DNA of 64,000 nt from Syntrophales bacterium. GTDB lineage: Bacteria; Desulfobacterota; Syntrophia; Syntrophales; UBA2210. Where the stretch lies: the NCBI GenBank assembly GCA_963666365.2, contig CAXXNF010000002.1, forward strand, positions 1,024,001-1,088,000, read 5' to 3'. Made by a program: the position numbers and the translations under genes. The notes under the pieces were generated by a model. That model had not been told where the DNA came from. It made no database searches and saw nothing but the letters and a program-made list of their open reading frames with translations. This document shows positions 29,613 to 41,200 of this stretch, piece after piece; within the stretch, counting starts at the first letter, position 1, and each line of letters begins with the position of its first letter.

Positions 29613-29673
29613 TAGCTTACAGAATTATGTATCATGGATGTCCCCTTTGGCAAATGATCCGTTCCGGCTCTGA

Positions 29674-30870
29674 TCAAAGCCCGTTCTGGCTGCTTTTATC
29701 CGGGAATATTCTGTTTTGCCCCAGTATCATGGTGATGAGAAGAGCGGACGCGATACCGATCGTGCCTCCAAAAACAAAAGGTGCGGCGGAATTGATCTTC
29801 GTCCACAGCAGACCGGCAATGATCGACGATAAAAGCAGGCCGATGCCCTGGAGCATGCCGTAAATCCCGAGTACCGTCCCTTTCATCCTGGAGGGCGCAT
29901 TTTCGGCGATGAACGCGCGTTCCGCTGCACTGATGAAAGCATTGTAAGCGCCGTACGCTGCAAACAGAAAAGCGATGCCCGCCTTCGCGCTCAGGAAAGC
30001 AAATCCCAGATAGACAAGCCCATAAATCAGATAGCCCGGTACCAGGATGCTGCTTCTTCCAAACCGGTCGGACAGCCTGCCTGCCGGGACGGCGAGCGCG
30101 GACGACGACAGGTTAAAAACCAGGTATAGCAGGATGACCTGGGCTGCCGAAAAGCCGCTTTCCTGCGCCTTCAGAAGCAGAAAGGCGTTGGACGAATTCC
30201 CGAGGCAAAAAAGGAAAATGACGGCAAGATAAAATTTCAGTCTGCCGTGGAGCTTCAGATCCAGGAAGGTGAGTTTTTCGCAGACCATGTTTGGGGTTTT
30301 GTCTTCCCGGATGGCTGGGATAATTGCCAGCCCGATAACCGCCGGGATAATGGCAAACAAGAATGCCTTCTGAAAACTGAAGCCGATGGCGACAAAAACA
30401 AACGCAAGCACCACACCCAGCGAGGAGCCCAACATATCCAGCATCTTGTGCAGACCGAAAGATCCACCCAGATTGCTTTCACTGCACGACTCGGCAACCA
30501 GCGCGTCGCGCGGAGCTGTCCGGATACCCTTGCCCACCCGGTCAATGACTCTTGCCGCAAGAACACCTGGCCAGGATATTGAGAAAATCAGCATGATTTT
30601 GTAAATCACCGATGCCGCGTATCCGGCAAAGGCAAGTCTTTTTTTATTCCGGCGGACATCGCCGATGTATCCGCTCAATACCCTCAACACAGAAGCAATG
30701 CTCTCGGCAATCCCTTCGATGATGCCGATGATCAGAGGCGTTGCGCCCAGCGTGGCCGTTAGAAACAGAGGCACCAGCGGATAGACCATTTCGGTGCTCA
30801 TATCCACAAACAGGCTGACCAGCCCGATCAGAGCGACATTGGAGAAGACTCTTTTTTTCTTCATTTCCAT
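29674..30870 (-). CDS. MFS transporter
   Basis: About 12 hydrophobic segments, GKGIRTAPRDAL, GRLSDRFGR; start estimated. Confidence 0.88.
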   Translation of the reverse strand: MEMKKKRVFSNVALIGLVSLFVDMSTEMVYPLVPLFLTATLGATPLIIGIIEGIAESIASVLRVLSGYIGDVRRNKKRLAFAGYAASVIYKIMLIFSISWPGVLAARVIDRVGKGIRTAPRDALVAESCSESNLGGSFGLHKMLDMLGSSLGVVLAFVFVAIGFSFQKAFLFAIIPAVIGLAIIPAIREDKTPNMVCEKLTFLDLKLHGRLKFYLAVIFLFCLGNSSNAFLLLKAQESGFSAAQVILLYLVFNLSSSALAVPAGRLSDRFGRSSILVPGYLIYGLVYLGFAFLSAKAGIAFLFAAYGAYNAFISAAERAFIAENAPSRMKGTVLGIYGMLQGIGLLLSSIIAGLLWTKINSAAPFVFGGTIGIASALLITMILGQNRIFPDKSSQNGL

Positions 30871-31323
30871 TTTTGAGCTTGTTTCCGGTTCCGCGCTTCC
30901 ACGTTCTTTAGCATGATCGATCGGAGCAAAGCGCTGTGCCGGATGAGTCAGGTGGAAAGACAATTTTTCCAGCCCGGAATTAAAACAACACGTTTATTTC
31001 CTTCCAGCGCCGTGAGAGACTGAGTTACAACGTCATCGGCCGTCATTCACAGGGCGGCCGGAACAACGTTTCTGTCGAAGTCTTTGAAATCACCTACTTC
31101 AGCTGACGCTGAACACTGTTAACTTATTACCTGAATCCTGCACGCCATAGTCTTAATTCCGGGGACAGCATACGTAATTCTGGCTTTCCCTTCAGCCCGG
31201 GAACAACATCCCGCGCAATGTGCATCCCTAGTTACGATGCTTATTCTTCCGCATTCCCCGTGATATCGTCAATCAATCATACTGTCCCGGGGTACTTTTT
31301 CACGATGCTCCTGTCTTCTTTTA

Positions 31324-32514
31324 TCAGCCGGCAATCAGTCCGGCCGCGTGCCGGAGCGCTTCCACCCGGTCTGTCTTTTCCCAGGGGAAGCCGTCTCGGC
31401 CAAAGTGGCCGTAATTGCAGCTTTTGCGATAGCTCCAGCCTTGCGGCGTCGTAAGCCCTAAATCCTTGATCATCATCGCGGGACGGAAGTCAAATATCTT
31501 GTCTTCCATCAAGATGCGGGCAATTCTTTCCTCATCGATCTTCGCTGTTCCATAAGTACTGATGTTGATACTGAGTGGTTTGGCGATGCCTATTGCATAG
31601 GCAACCTGGATTTCGCATTTGTCGGCAAGTCCTGCGGCAACGATGTTTTTGGCGACATAGCGGGCATAATAGGCAGCTGAACGGTCTACTTTCGACGGGT
31701 CTTTGCCTGAAAATGCGCCGCCGCCATGTGATCCGACGCCGCCATAGGAATCAGCGATTATCTTGCGCCCGGTAACGCCGGAATCTCCGCATGGTCCGCC
31801 GATTACAAATCTGCCGGTCGGGTTGATGAGAAACTCGGTTCGTTGAGTCAATAATCCGGTTTTGTCGAGCACTTCATGGGCAACCGCCGTCAGATCTTTG
31901 CGAATTCGCTCCATCGGTACGTCGCGGGTTTGATGTGAAATCACCACTGTGGTAATTTCTATCGCCTTTCCATTCTCATGGAGCACACTCACCTGCGCTT
32001 TGGAATCGGGCCGGAGATATTCAATCACCTTCTCTTTGCGGAGACGGGTGAGTTCTTCCAGCAAGCTATGGGAAAACATGATTGGGGCAGGCATCATATG
32101 AGGAGTTGCACAGGATGCATAGCCGAACATCATCCCCTGATCGCCTGCTCCCTGGCTCTCGAAATATTCACGATCCACGCCCATCTTAATATCCCGGGAC
32201 TGTCCATGAATGGCACTGATATAGTTAAACGTGTCGTAGCTGAACCCTTCAGAGGGATCGTCATATCCGATGTCCTTTACAACTTCACGCGCGATTTCCT
32301 GTGCATTTATTTTATCCCAGTTATTACAGGATATTTCGCCGAGATTGACGACAAGGTTTGGGCCGACAGCGGTCTCGCAACCAACGTGCGCCCTGGGATC
32401 CTGGGCCAGACATTCATCCAGAATTGCGTCAGAGATCTGATCGCATACTTTATCGGGGTGTCCCTCAGAAACAGATTCCGAGGAGTAAATGTGGCGTGTC
32501 GCTAATTTGCTCAT
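31324..32514 (-). CDS. metK: S-adenosylmethionine synthetase
   Basis: SESVSEGHPDK, GAGDQG, GGGAFSGKDPSKVDRS. Confidence 0.96.
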   Translation of the reverse strand: MSKLATRHIYSSESVSEGHPDKVCDQISDAILDECLAQDPRAHVGCETAVGPNLVVNLGEISCNNWDKINAQEIAREVVKDIGYDDPSEGFSYDTFNYISAIHGQSRDIKMGVDREYFESQGAGDQGMMFGYASCATPHMMPAPIMFSHSLLEELTRLRKEKVIEYLRPDSKAQVSVLHENGKAIEITTVVISHQTRDVPMERIRKDLTAVAHEVLDKTGLLTQRTEFLINPTGRFVIGGPCGDSGVTGRKIIADSYGGVGSHGGGAFSGKDPSKVDRSAAYYARYVAKNIVAAGLADKCEIQVAYAIGIAKPLSINISTYGTAKIDEERIARILMEDKIFDFRPAMMIKDLGLTTPQGWSYRKSCNYGHFGRDGFPWEKTDRVEALRHAAGLIAG

Positions 32515-32572
32515 GTCATTTTTCCTTTGCTGGTAGTGTGTGTAACATCAATCTTGCGTTCCCGTTTTGCGC

Positions 32573-32604
32573 AAAAAAAAGCCCGCGCCAAAAGGCAACG
32601 GGCT
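32573..32604 (-). terminator. Leader terminator upstream of metK
   Basis: AGCCCGTTGCCTTTTGGCGCGGGC followed by T8 on the minus strand. Confidence 0.8.
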
Positions 32605-32620
32605 CATTATCAAAATGCCG

Positions 32621-32674
32621 CCGGCCTTTAGCACATTTATTAAGCGGAGCAATTAACCTTGTAAATCACCGCAT
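32621..32674 (-). ncRNA. SAM-II-like riboswitch aptamer
   Basis: GCGG-TGATTT-ACAAGGTTAATTGCT-CCGC-TTAATAAAT-GTGCTAAA-GGCC fits the SAM-II pattern; lies upstream of metK. Confidence 0.75.
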
Positions 32675-32770
32675 ATGGGGCCTATATACGAATGTAGTAT
32701 AAAAAGTCAATACTTTTATTGTACAGGCAAAGAAAACGGGACCGTCTTCCCCTGCACCGTCTAAAGCGGC

Positions 32771-32807
32771 AAATAAAGAGTCCCTCCTTCGGAACAAAGG
32801 AGGGACT
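32771..32807 (-). terminator. Terminator after the small membrane protein
   Basis: AGTCCCTCCTT...AAGGAGGGACT followed by CTTTATTT. Confidence 0.65.
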
Positions 32808-32888
32808 ATTGTCTTGATGTACCTTGTAGGTGAAGCCGGCGCCGCCGGCAGGGTCTAGTATTTTCCCCGTCTCATCCAGACTTTCTCT

Positions 32889-33164
32889 CTAGCTGACCAG
32901 GGCCTTCAGCGCATCCACCACCGGGGCCGTGAAGAGCGCCACCAGCACCGCGTAGAGCGCGAAGGAACCGACGGCTTCGCTCATGTAGATCTTGGAGTAT
33001 TTATGCTTCAGCGAGGTGATGATCAGACCGCCCACCACCAGGCAGCCCAGCTGGAAGTAGGGGAAGTTCCCCGCCGTCGATGCCACATACTCGGCAAAGC
33101 TGAAGGATGCCGTAATCAGAACCACGAAGACCGCCATGATCAGTGTCTGAAGTGTCCGTTTCAT
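32889..33164 (-). CDS. Small membrane protein of unknown function
   Basis: Strong AAAGGAGG RBS, three hydrophobic segments, GC3-rich codons, own terminator. Confidence 0.75.
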   Translation of the reverse strand: MKRTLQTLIMAVFVVLITASFSFAEYVASTAGNFPYFQLGCLVVGGLIITSLKHKYSKIYMSEAVGSFALYAVLVALFTAPVVDALKALVS

Positions 33165-33211
33165 ATCCTTTTCCTCCTTTTGGTGTGTTCGTTTGTCTTT
33201 GCCTTATGATA

Positions 33212-33228
33212 TAGGAAGAACCGTGCCA
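33212..33228 (-). promoter_or_regulatory. Sigma54-like promoter
   Basis: TGGCACGGTTCTTCCTA with an AT-rich tract upstream; the -12 box deviates from TTGC. Confidence 0.5.
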
Positions 33229-33420
33229 AAGCGGGCATCCGTTCATAATATTTTTTATATGCTCGTTATTATTGATGATATTTGATTAAACCGGAACGGG
33301 GACGGACGCAAACTCGGGAGCGTTGCACACCCCCATTCGATGAAATGTGAAACACCGTTGAACGAAATGTCCAGAGGAAACCCTTCATTTTTTCACTCGC
33401 AGCATCATCGGCGACTGCCC

Positions 33421-34647
33421 CTACTGTGATTCCTTTCTTTTCTTCAGTTCCAGGGCGGACTTGAGCCCTTTTTGTCGTATCACTTTGATCTTCTGCCGCG
33501 TTTCATTGAGTTTGAAGAACCTCTTTCCGTATTTGCGAAGCAGCTTCTTGTTGATTTCAAATCCCAGGCCGGGTCTGGTGAACGGCGCGAGCATTGCGTT
33601 TTTATCCGGAAGAATCGGGTCGATGATCCCCTCTCGCTGTTCGGGCACCCAGGACGGCTCCTCCAGAGGGTACTCCAGTGGAAGCTGATTGCCCCGGTCG
33701 GCCAGTACCATGTTCCAGTTGATGTAAAACCCGATGCCGTTGGTCCACGTGTGGGGTGAGTATTCCCGGCCGTAGGCGTGACAGGCGTCAATCACCTTCT
33801 TCACCTGCGCGATCCCCCCGGCAAAGGTTGCATCCGGTTGATAAATGTGGAAGCAGTCCTTCTCCAGCATGATCTTTATTTCGTCCCACCCGTAGTTGAG
33901 CTCGGCGCCGGAGATCTTGACCTGCGAAAGTTTTTTCAACGCGGCGTTGCCGTCGTAGTCACGCGAATCCAGCGGTTCCTCAAGCCAGGCGATATTGTTT
34001 GCGGCGCAGACCCGGGCAAACTCACTGGCACGATTGAGATCCCATGGGGGGATTTTATCGACAATGGTCACCAGCCATCCCTGATTTGCGTCCATCCCCA
34101 GAGTGAGCGCGTCCCCCATCCCCTTTTTGATCACCTCGATATGACGAATGTCATCGGCAAGGGCCCGATTTTTCACCCGCAGCTTCGCCGTGCGGAATCC
34201 GCGCTCCTTCATTGCCAACAGTTCCTCCACTCGTTTTTCCGGCTCGTGCATCTCCCCGGTGGAGCAGTACACCTCGATGGTCTTGGCTTCACCGCCCAGG
34301 AGTTCGTACACGGGCTTGCCCTTGCTCTTGCCAATGATGTCCCAGCAGGCGGGTTCGATCCAGAAATTGCGCCATCCCAGGATGCCGGCCTGTCTGAGCA
34401 GATTCTGAACGGACTCGATATCCGTCGGATCCGCTCCCAGAAGGTACCCGCCGATCAGATCGCCCAGCCCCTCCCTCTCGAAACCGAGTGCGGTGCCCGC
34501 CGAATAGCCTTCAATCCCGTCATCAGTAACCAGCTTGATGAGTGTGAAACCGTTGTGGGTCTGAGGATAGCCGGGAATCCAGGTGGGCCAGAACGTCTGT
34601 TTTAATGGAACCTGTACGTGATAAAGTTCGATGGTTGAAATTTTCAT
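33421..34647 (-). CDS. Mandelate racemase/muconate lactonizing enzyme (enolase superfamily)
   Basis: WDIIGK..GKPVYELLGG, KLR, DANQG, LEEP, GAE, QPD, PHTW; AAGGAG RBS before ATG 34647. Confidence 0.88.
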   Translation of the reverse strand: MKISTIELYHVQVPLKQTFWPTWIPGYPQTHNGFTLIKLVTDDGIEGYSAGTALGFEREGLGDLIGGYLLGADPTDIESVQNLLRQAGILGWRNFWIEPACWDIIGKSKGKPVYELLGGEAKTIEVYCSTGEMHEPEKRVEELLAMKERGFRTAKLRVKNRALADDIRHIEVIKKGMGDALTLGMDANQGWLVTIVDKIPPWDLNRASEFARVCAANNIAWLEEPLDSRDYDGNAALKKLSQVKISGAELNYGWDEIKIMLEKDCFHIYQPDATFAGGIAQVKKVIDACHAYGREYSPHTWTNGIGFYINWNMVLADRGNQLPLEYPLEEPSWVPEQREGIIDPILPDKNAMLAPFTRPGLGFEINKKLLRKYGKRFFKLNETRQKIKVIRQKGLKSALELKKRKESQ

Positions 34648-34819
34648 GAGCATGCTCCTTTCATTGACGTAACTCAGCCGCGACCGGAAGCGCATGAATA
34701 ACTTCGGCGATATCGACATGGCCGTCACCGTTGATATCCATTACCGATTCAATCCCGACGGAATTCAATCTTGCCGTCGCCTGCAATGCGACTATGGTTT
34801 TGGCATGTCTCTTGACTAA

Positions 34820-35125
34820 TCATTCTATATTAGATTTTGCAGTTTTAACAGCGAGATCTCTGTCTTTAGTATACATCCACCATTGTGGTTGTGTCGTGTG
34901 CGGACCTGTCTCTTTTTTCTGCCCTCGACAATAATACCAATCGCCGAATCTCTCGACAGTAGCAAACGGGTGTTGGCCGGTGCAGATAATGCTGCATGTT
35001 CGAATCTGCTTGAAAAAAATTGTTTCTGCAGGATCTTCCTCGCTTGTCAGCTCATCGGGCACGACAATGTGTGAAACATCAATGCCTTCCGCTTCCTTAT
35101 CATCCAGCCATTCTGAAATCGTCAT
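34820..35125 (-). CDS. Hypothetical protein with Cys/His cluster
   Basis: G-rich RBS; CSIICTGQH, YYC, PH residues. Confidence 0.6.
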   Translation of the reverse strand: MTISEWLDDKEAEGIDVSHIVVPDELTSEEDPAETIFFKQIRTCSIICTGQHPFATVERFGDWYYCRGQKKETGPHTTQPQWWMYTKDRDLAVKTAKSNIE

Positions 35126-35232
35126 TTATCCGTTCCCCCCTTCAGTGTTCCGCATTTTATTCCGATACCTACTATAGAACATTACAGGATAAAGTTTAAG
35201 TTTTGCTGGATTTCAGGACGATGACAGCAAAA

Positions 35233-38200
35233 CTACACTGGACTAAGCCGAATTGGCGCCACGATCACCTCTACGAAATGTTCGCTATGATCATCCACCA
35301 GAGGAATCGTATGCTCCCTTTGCACAACCCCGTCGAGGGTCATACTCCTCTCATCTTTGCCCACCTGTCCCTGCACAATCTTTATATGGTAGATGGTTTC
35401 TCGGTATCGGTAGTGCATTGTGTAGCCCTCCCAATCGGCAGGGAGACAGGGTTCGATATGCAGTGTATCTACTTCGAGCTTCAGCCCCAGAAGTGATTCC
35501 ACGATCAGCCGGTACATCCACCCGGCTGCTCCCGTGTACCACGTCCATCCGCCACGACCCATGTGGGGCGGGACTGCATAGACGTCAGCCGCAACAACGT
35601 AGGGCTCGACTTTGTACGTTCCCATACCTTTAGCTGATCCCCCATGATTCACAGGGTTTATCATGGTGAGGAGTTCCCATGACCGTCTGCTGTCACCCAT
35701 GGCAGCAAAAGCCATGGCGGCCCAGATGGCCCCATGGGTGTACTGCCCGCCGTTTTCCCGAACCCCGGGAACGTACCCCTTAATATAACCGGGATCTAAA
35801 TCCGACTTGTCGAAGGGCGGGTCAAGAAGCTGGATCAACTTGTAGTCCCTCCGCACGAGGTGCCTATCCACTGCGTCCATTGCCCGTTGTGAGCGCGTAA
35901 GACTCCCCGCCCCCGACAGAACAGACCAGCTTTGCGCAATAGAATCGACACGGCATTCAGGATTGACCGCTGAACCGAGGGGCGTGCCGTCATCGAAGAA
36001 GGCCCGGAGGTACCATTCACCATCCCAGCCATTTTTCTCGATGTTCCGCCTCAGGTTGCCTGCTTCTTTCTCACATCGCTCGGCGAAGGACGGATCTCCA
36101 TGCATACGTGCGATCTCAATGAATCTCATGAGCACTTCATAGAGAAAAAATGCGAGCCAGACACTTTCGCCTTTGCCGTCTTTACCCACCATGTTCATGC
36201 CGTCGTTCCAGTCCCCGGAACCGATGAGCGGCAGGCCATGTTCGCCAAATCTGAGGCCCCTCAGGATAGCCCGGACACAGTGATCGTAGAGACTTGCCGT
36301 TTCTTCAGAGCTGCCCGGCAGATCGTAATAGGAGTCCTCATCTGCGTTGACCGGACGTCCCTTAATGAAGTGGACGGGTTCGTCCAGCACCCCTTTATCT
36401 CCGCTGATCAGAACGTAGCGGTATGTCGCCAAAGGCAGCCAGAGAAAATCATCCGAGCAATGGGTGCGCACGCCCCGGCCCGAAGGTGGATGCCACCAAT
36501 GCTGGACATCTCCTTCAGGGAACTGGCGGGATGCACTGAGGAGGAGATGCTCCCGTACCAGGCGCGGTTCGGTATGGATGAGGGCCATCACATCCTGCAA
36601 CTGGTCACGGAAGCCGAAGGCGCCTCCTGACTGGTAGTAACCGCTTCGCCCCCAAAGACGGCACGCCAGAGTTTGATATAAAAGCCAGCCATTGGCCAGG
36701 ACATTAATTGACTGATCCGGCGTTGCCACCTGGACTGCGCCGAGGGTGTGATTCCAATACTCCCATACTGCCTCAAGCGCTTCGCGGGCCGCAGCAGGCC
36801 CCCGGAAGCGGTATGCCAGGTTGACGGCGTCATCTGCATCCCGGCCTGCACCCAAGGTGAAGACGATCTCGCGCTCTTCCCCTTCCGCCAGCTCAAAGGC
36901 CACCTGTAGTGCTCCGCATGGATCCAACGCGGCCCCCACCTTGCCGGAAAGCTTTGACCTCGCCATGGCAGCGGGATTGGCCAACGTTCCGTTGCGCCCG
37001 AGGAATTCCGTCCGGTCGCCGGTTATCGTCCGGGTTGCGTCGTCCACATTAAAAAAGGCCGTTCGGTTGCCGAACTCAGCGTGGTAAGGATTACGTGCAA
37101 AGAGGGCACCGCTTCGAGGGTTAATCTCGGTAATGACGTGCATGGCCGATTTGGGCCTCAAATCTCCCAGCACCCATTCCGCATATCCCGTGGCAGAGAG
37201 TTGTCGTGACCGGCCTGACTGATTACGGACTTTCAGCACCGTAAACTTGACGGCAGCGTCCAAGGCCACGTATACCCACACCTCTGTACTGATACCGCGC
37301 TCGGTGTGTTCGAAGACGCTGTAGCCGAATCCGTGACGGGTGACGTAGGGTGTGGGTCCGCGGCTTGGCAGCGGCATGGGAGACCAGTAGTGGCCGCGCT
37401 CTTCATCGCGAATATATAATGCTTCCCCGCGCGAGTCGCTGACAGGGTCGTTGTGCCAGGGAGTGAGGCGAAACTCGTGGGCATTTTCGCTCCAGGTATA
37501 GGCACAACCGCTCTCTGAGACAACGGTTCCGAAAAACCGGTTTGCAATCACATTCACCCATGGCGCCGGCGTCACCTGCCCTCGGGCGGTTGAAATGACG
37601 TACTCCCGGCCATCAGGAGTGAATCCTCCCAAGCCGTTCCCAAATATCAGATCCTTGCGAGGCTGTGCCGCTATTGCCGGGACATCGCCTCGTGTGGTCC
37701 TGGGTGGCACAGGGGCCGGCACCATTCCTTCCGTAAGGCCCTGCTGCTTAAATTGATCAGCGAGCGTTCCCCTTCGGTCCGTGATGATGACGCGAGCAAC
37801 CGCCTGGAACATGACGCGGTCCTCCTTCGATATCTGGTCGGAAGTTCTTACGAAAATTCCTCCCGGGCGATCGGTCACGTTGGCTTCCGTACCTGCCGCG
37901 ATGAGCCCCATGATCTGATCGTGCAGAAGTTGACGGTACCCGGCGTGGTCTTCGTTCCAGATTACCAGGTCAACCGCCAGTCCTTTGAGACGCCAGTACG
38001 CGTGAGCCTGAACGAGTTGCCGCACCAGGTTGATGTTGGCCGGATCTTCAATCTGCAGCAGCACGATAGGGAGATCGCCTGAAATCGAGTAGCCCCAGAG
38101 GCCGGATTGACCGCGACGGTTCTTGCTGAGGGTCCCCGGACCGGCACGCAGCGACGAATTCGCGTATATGATGGAGGCGGCAAGACGTCCATAAAGCTGG

Positions 38201-41200
38201 GCATCGGCTTCCGTGGCATTGATCTGCTGCAGCAGCACCTGGCTATGTGTCCACGCCAGATCAAAGACACGCTCGGCGATATGCCGGTCCTGGTATTTTC
38301 CGACAAGGTCCATGCAGGCATCGCGGGTTTCGGTGATACCGGTGACGACAATGATGGTTGCCGATTTTTCAGGATCGAGGGTTATGTGATATCGGATCGC
38401 TGCAATCGGATCGAGCACCGAGCCCTCACTGCCCGAGAGCCTAGTTGAACCGTTCATCGCTTCCGGATCGGCAATAGTGTTCCCTCTGCCGATGAACCGC
38501 ATCCGGTCAGTCTCGTAGGTTACCTCACCGATCTTGGCCCCGTGTACAGCCATGAGATGAAGCATCCATGGTGCTTGTTCTTCAAGGGAGCGGGGGCGTC
38601 GTGTGCAGAGTATTGCACTGCGCTCGCTGATGATCTCGGTCTGGACAAAGAGATTGCTGAAGGCCGGGTGCAGAACCTCTTGAGCGAGCGGTGCAAGAAC
38701 AACTTCGACGTAACTCGTCAGCTCGATCGTTCTACTCGTCTGCGCCTGGTTGGTGATAGTAATTCGGCGCAGTTCGATGTCATCCTCAGATGAAACCGCA
38801 ATTTCTGTATGGGTGTCGAAGTCCTGATCCCGGCGGCGAAACTCTGCCCGTCCTTCAGAGAAAATTGCCTCGTACTGCATCGAAGCCTTGAGTGTGGGTT
38901 GGTATGCCGTTGACCAGAAAGCACCTGTTGCGGGGTCTCGGATATAACAGAATGTGCCCCAGTTATCGCATGTGCTGTCTTCCCGCCACCGCGTCACCGC
39001 CAATTCTTTCCAGTGGGAGTAACCGCCGCCTGCATGTGTGATCATCACGTGGTATCTGCCGTTCGATAACAACTGTACTTCCGGCATGGGTGTGTCGGGC
39101 CTTGCATAGACGCGTATCGGCATCTCTTCTAAGGCATTTAAGACTGTATGAACATCGGCAAGATCGGTCGTGTGCGAATAGAAGGCCGTGGCCTTTGGCA
39201 CCCGCTCCTGAAGCAAAAGCATAATTGCCTGAAACGAGGGGTCAGACTCGAAGCGCCGCTGCATGGGGCGGTTGAGGAGCAAAGAAGCCAGAGCGAGGAG
39301 GCTCATGCCTTGATGATGGGCCATGAATGAACGAACCACCGCACTTGATTGACCGCGGGGCAGATGTGAAGGGGTGTAATCAATGGCTTCATAAAACCCA
39401 TATTTCCCCTCAAAGCCCTGAGCGGAAAGTTCCTCGAGATTTAGACAGGCCTCTTCAGGCGCCACCATGAGCGCCAGCGTCGAGGCATAGGGGGCTACAA
39501 CCAGATCCCCGGCGAGCCCCCGTTTAAGTCCCAGGCCGGGCACGCCGAAGGGGCCGTACTGGTAATTGAGGTGGCCGTCAATCGTGTTATGCCCTGATTC
39601 CGAAACGCCCCAGGGCACACCCCGCTTTTTTCCATATTCGATCTGTCGCGCCACCGCCGCCTTATAGGTCTCGTCGAGCAGCGTATGCTCATAGGTGGGC
39701 ATGACGAGGAGAGGCATGAGGTATTCGAACATGGAGCCGCTCCAGGAAAGGAGAATCGGCTCTCCGGCGATGGACGTAAGGAGTCGTCCCAAGGCAAACC
39801 AGCTTTCCTGCGGCAATTGTCCCTGAGCAATGGCGACAAAACTGGAGAGTCTCGCCTCAGATGCCAGCAAATCATAGTAACTCGCGTCCCGTCGGTTTTC
39901 GCTGACACTGTAGCCGATAGCCAATAGATGGCGGGTCTCGTCATAGAGGAAGTCATACTCGCTACGGGCAAGTTCACCGGATTGCGATACAAGGTCTTCA
40001 ATAACTCCGATTCTCGCCCTGGCACGGATGCGTGCCTCTGTAATGGCCCCGCGGAACTCGTCGAGCTGCCTTTGCTCCTCCGGCGACCCGTCGCGCGGCT
40101 CTGCCGCTTCAGTCAAGAACTCATTGTCAATATCGGCTAATGTGCGCAGCGTCGGCATTTCTCCTAGAATCGGGATGTTGTCCTGCGCCTTGCGAGAAAA
40201 CGGACACACGGTCCAGGGCGCCAGAAAGGTCAACTCATCGAGGGCGGCCCGGCACTGGCCGACAAAGGCCCGCGCCCACCATGCGGCCTGGCTTTCGGGA
40301 TCGGCGTCAACAACATAAAATCCCTGAACCATTTCCAGGGCAGACGTGGCGAGGTTGCTCAGGCTCGCCTGTGCAACCTCGAGCGTGGCCGGCTGGGAAA
40401 CACACAAAGACGCCAAATCGTCCTGCAATTGAATGAGCCGGACTGGGGCAGTTTCTCCGGCAACGTCCATGAGAACCCTCAGCGTATCGAGGAGGCCGTC
40501 AAATACCTTGGACCCCATTATTTTCTCGTCGGGGAGTGAGGTGAGCCCTGCCCGCAATGTCAACAGATGTGCCGCAAGATTTCCGCTGTCCACCGTCGAA
40601 ACATACATGGGCAGCAGCGGTTTCAGAGATTCCGTATCATACCAGTTATAGAAGTGTCCCTTGTGGCGCTCCATGGCGGCCATCGAACGGAAGGCGCTCG
40701 CCGTACGATCGAGAAGTTGTCCTGCTGAAATGTAGCCGAAATCCCAGGCTGATAAATTGGCAAGGAGTGCAAGCCCCATGTTGGTCGGCGACGTACGATG
40801 CCCAATTTTGGCAAGGGGATGTTCCTGAAAATTATCGGGCGGCAGCCAGTGATCCTCAGGACCGACGAAAGCCTCGAAGAAACTCCAGGTCTTTCGGGAA
40901 ATCTTTCTTAGAAAGGTGATCTGGTCTGAGCTGAGCCTGGCTTCGCGACTCGTAAGCGGTTCGCTGATCCACCACGCTATTAATGGGGAGATAATCCAGA
41001 GGCAGAGAACCGGCAGTGCAACAGCCAAAGTCTCAGGCCTTGAAAGTGCCAGATCTGTCGCCGTTGCAACGGCAATGACCGGGGATATCCACATGGTCCG
41101 GCAGGTACCGGCCAGACCTTTACGCCTTGAGCGATCGGAGTCGCCCGACGGGTTCCATTCGAGAAGCCGCTTGTTCCCGACGAGCATTCGCCAGAGGGTA

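Noticed and set aside
34801..34816. Plus-strand TGGCATGTCTCTTGAC resembling the TTGA-type sigma54 promoters
   Set aside because: Points antisense into a gene, with no downstream ORF and no enhancer pair; chance or a remnant
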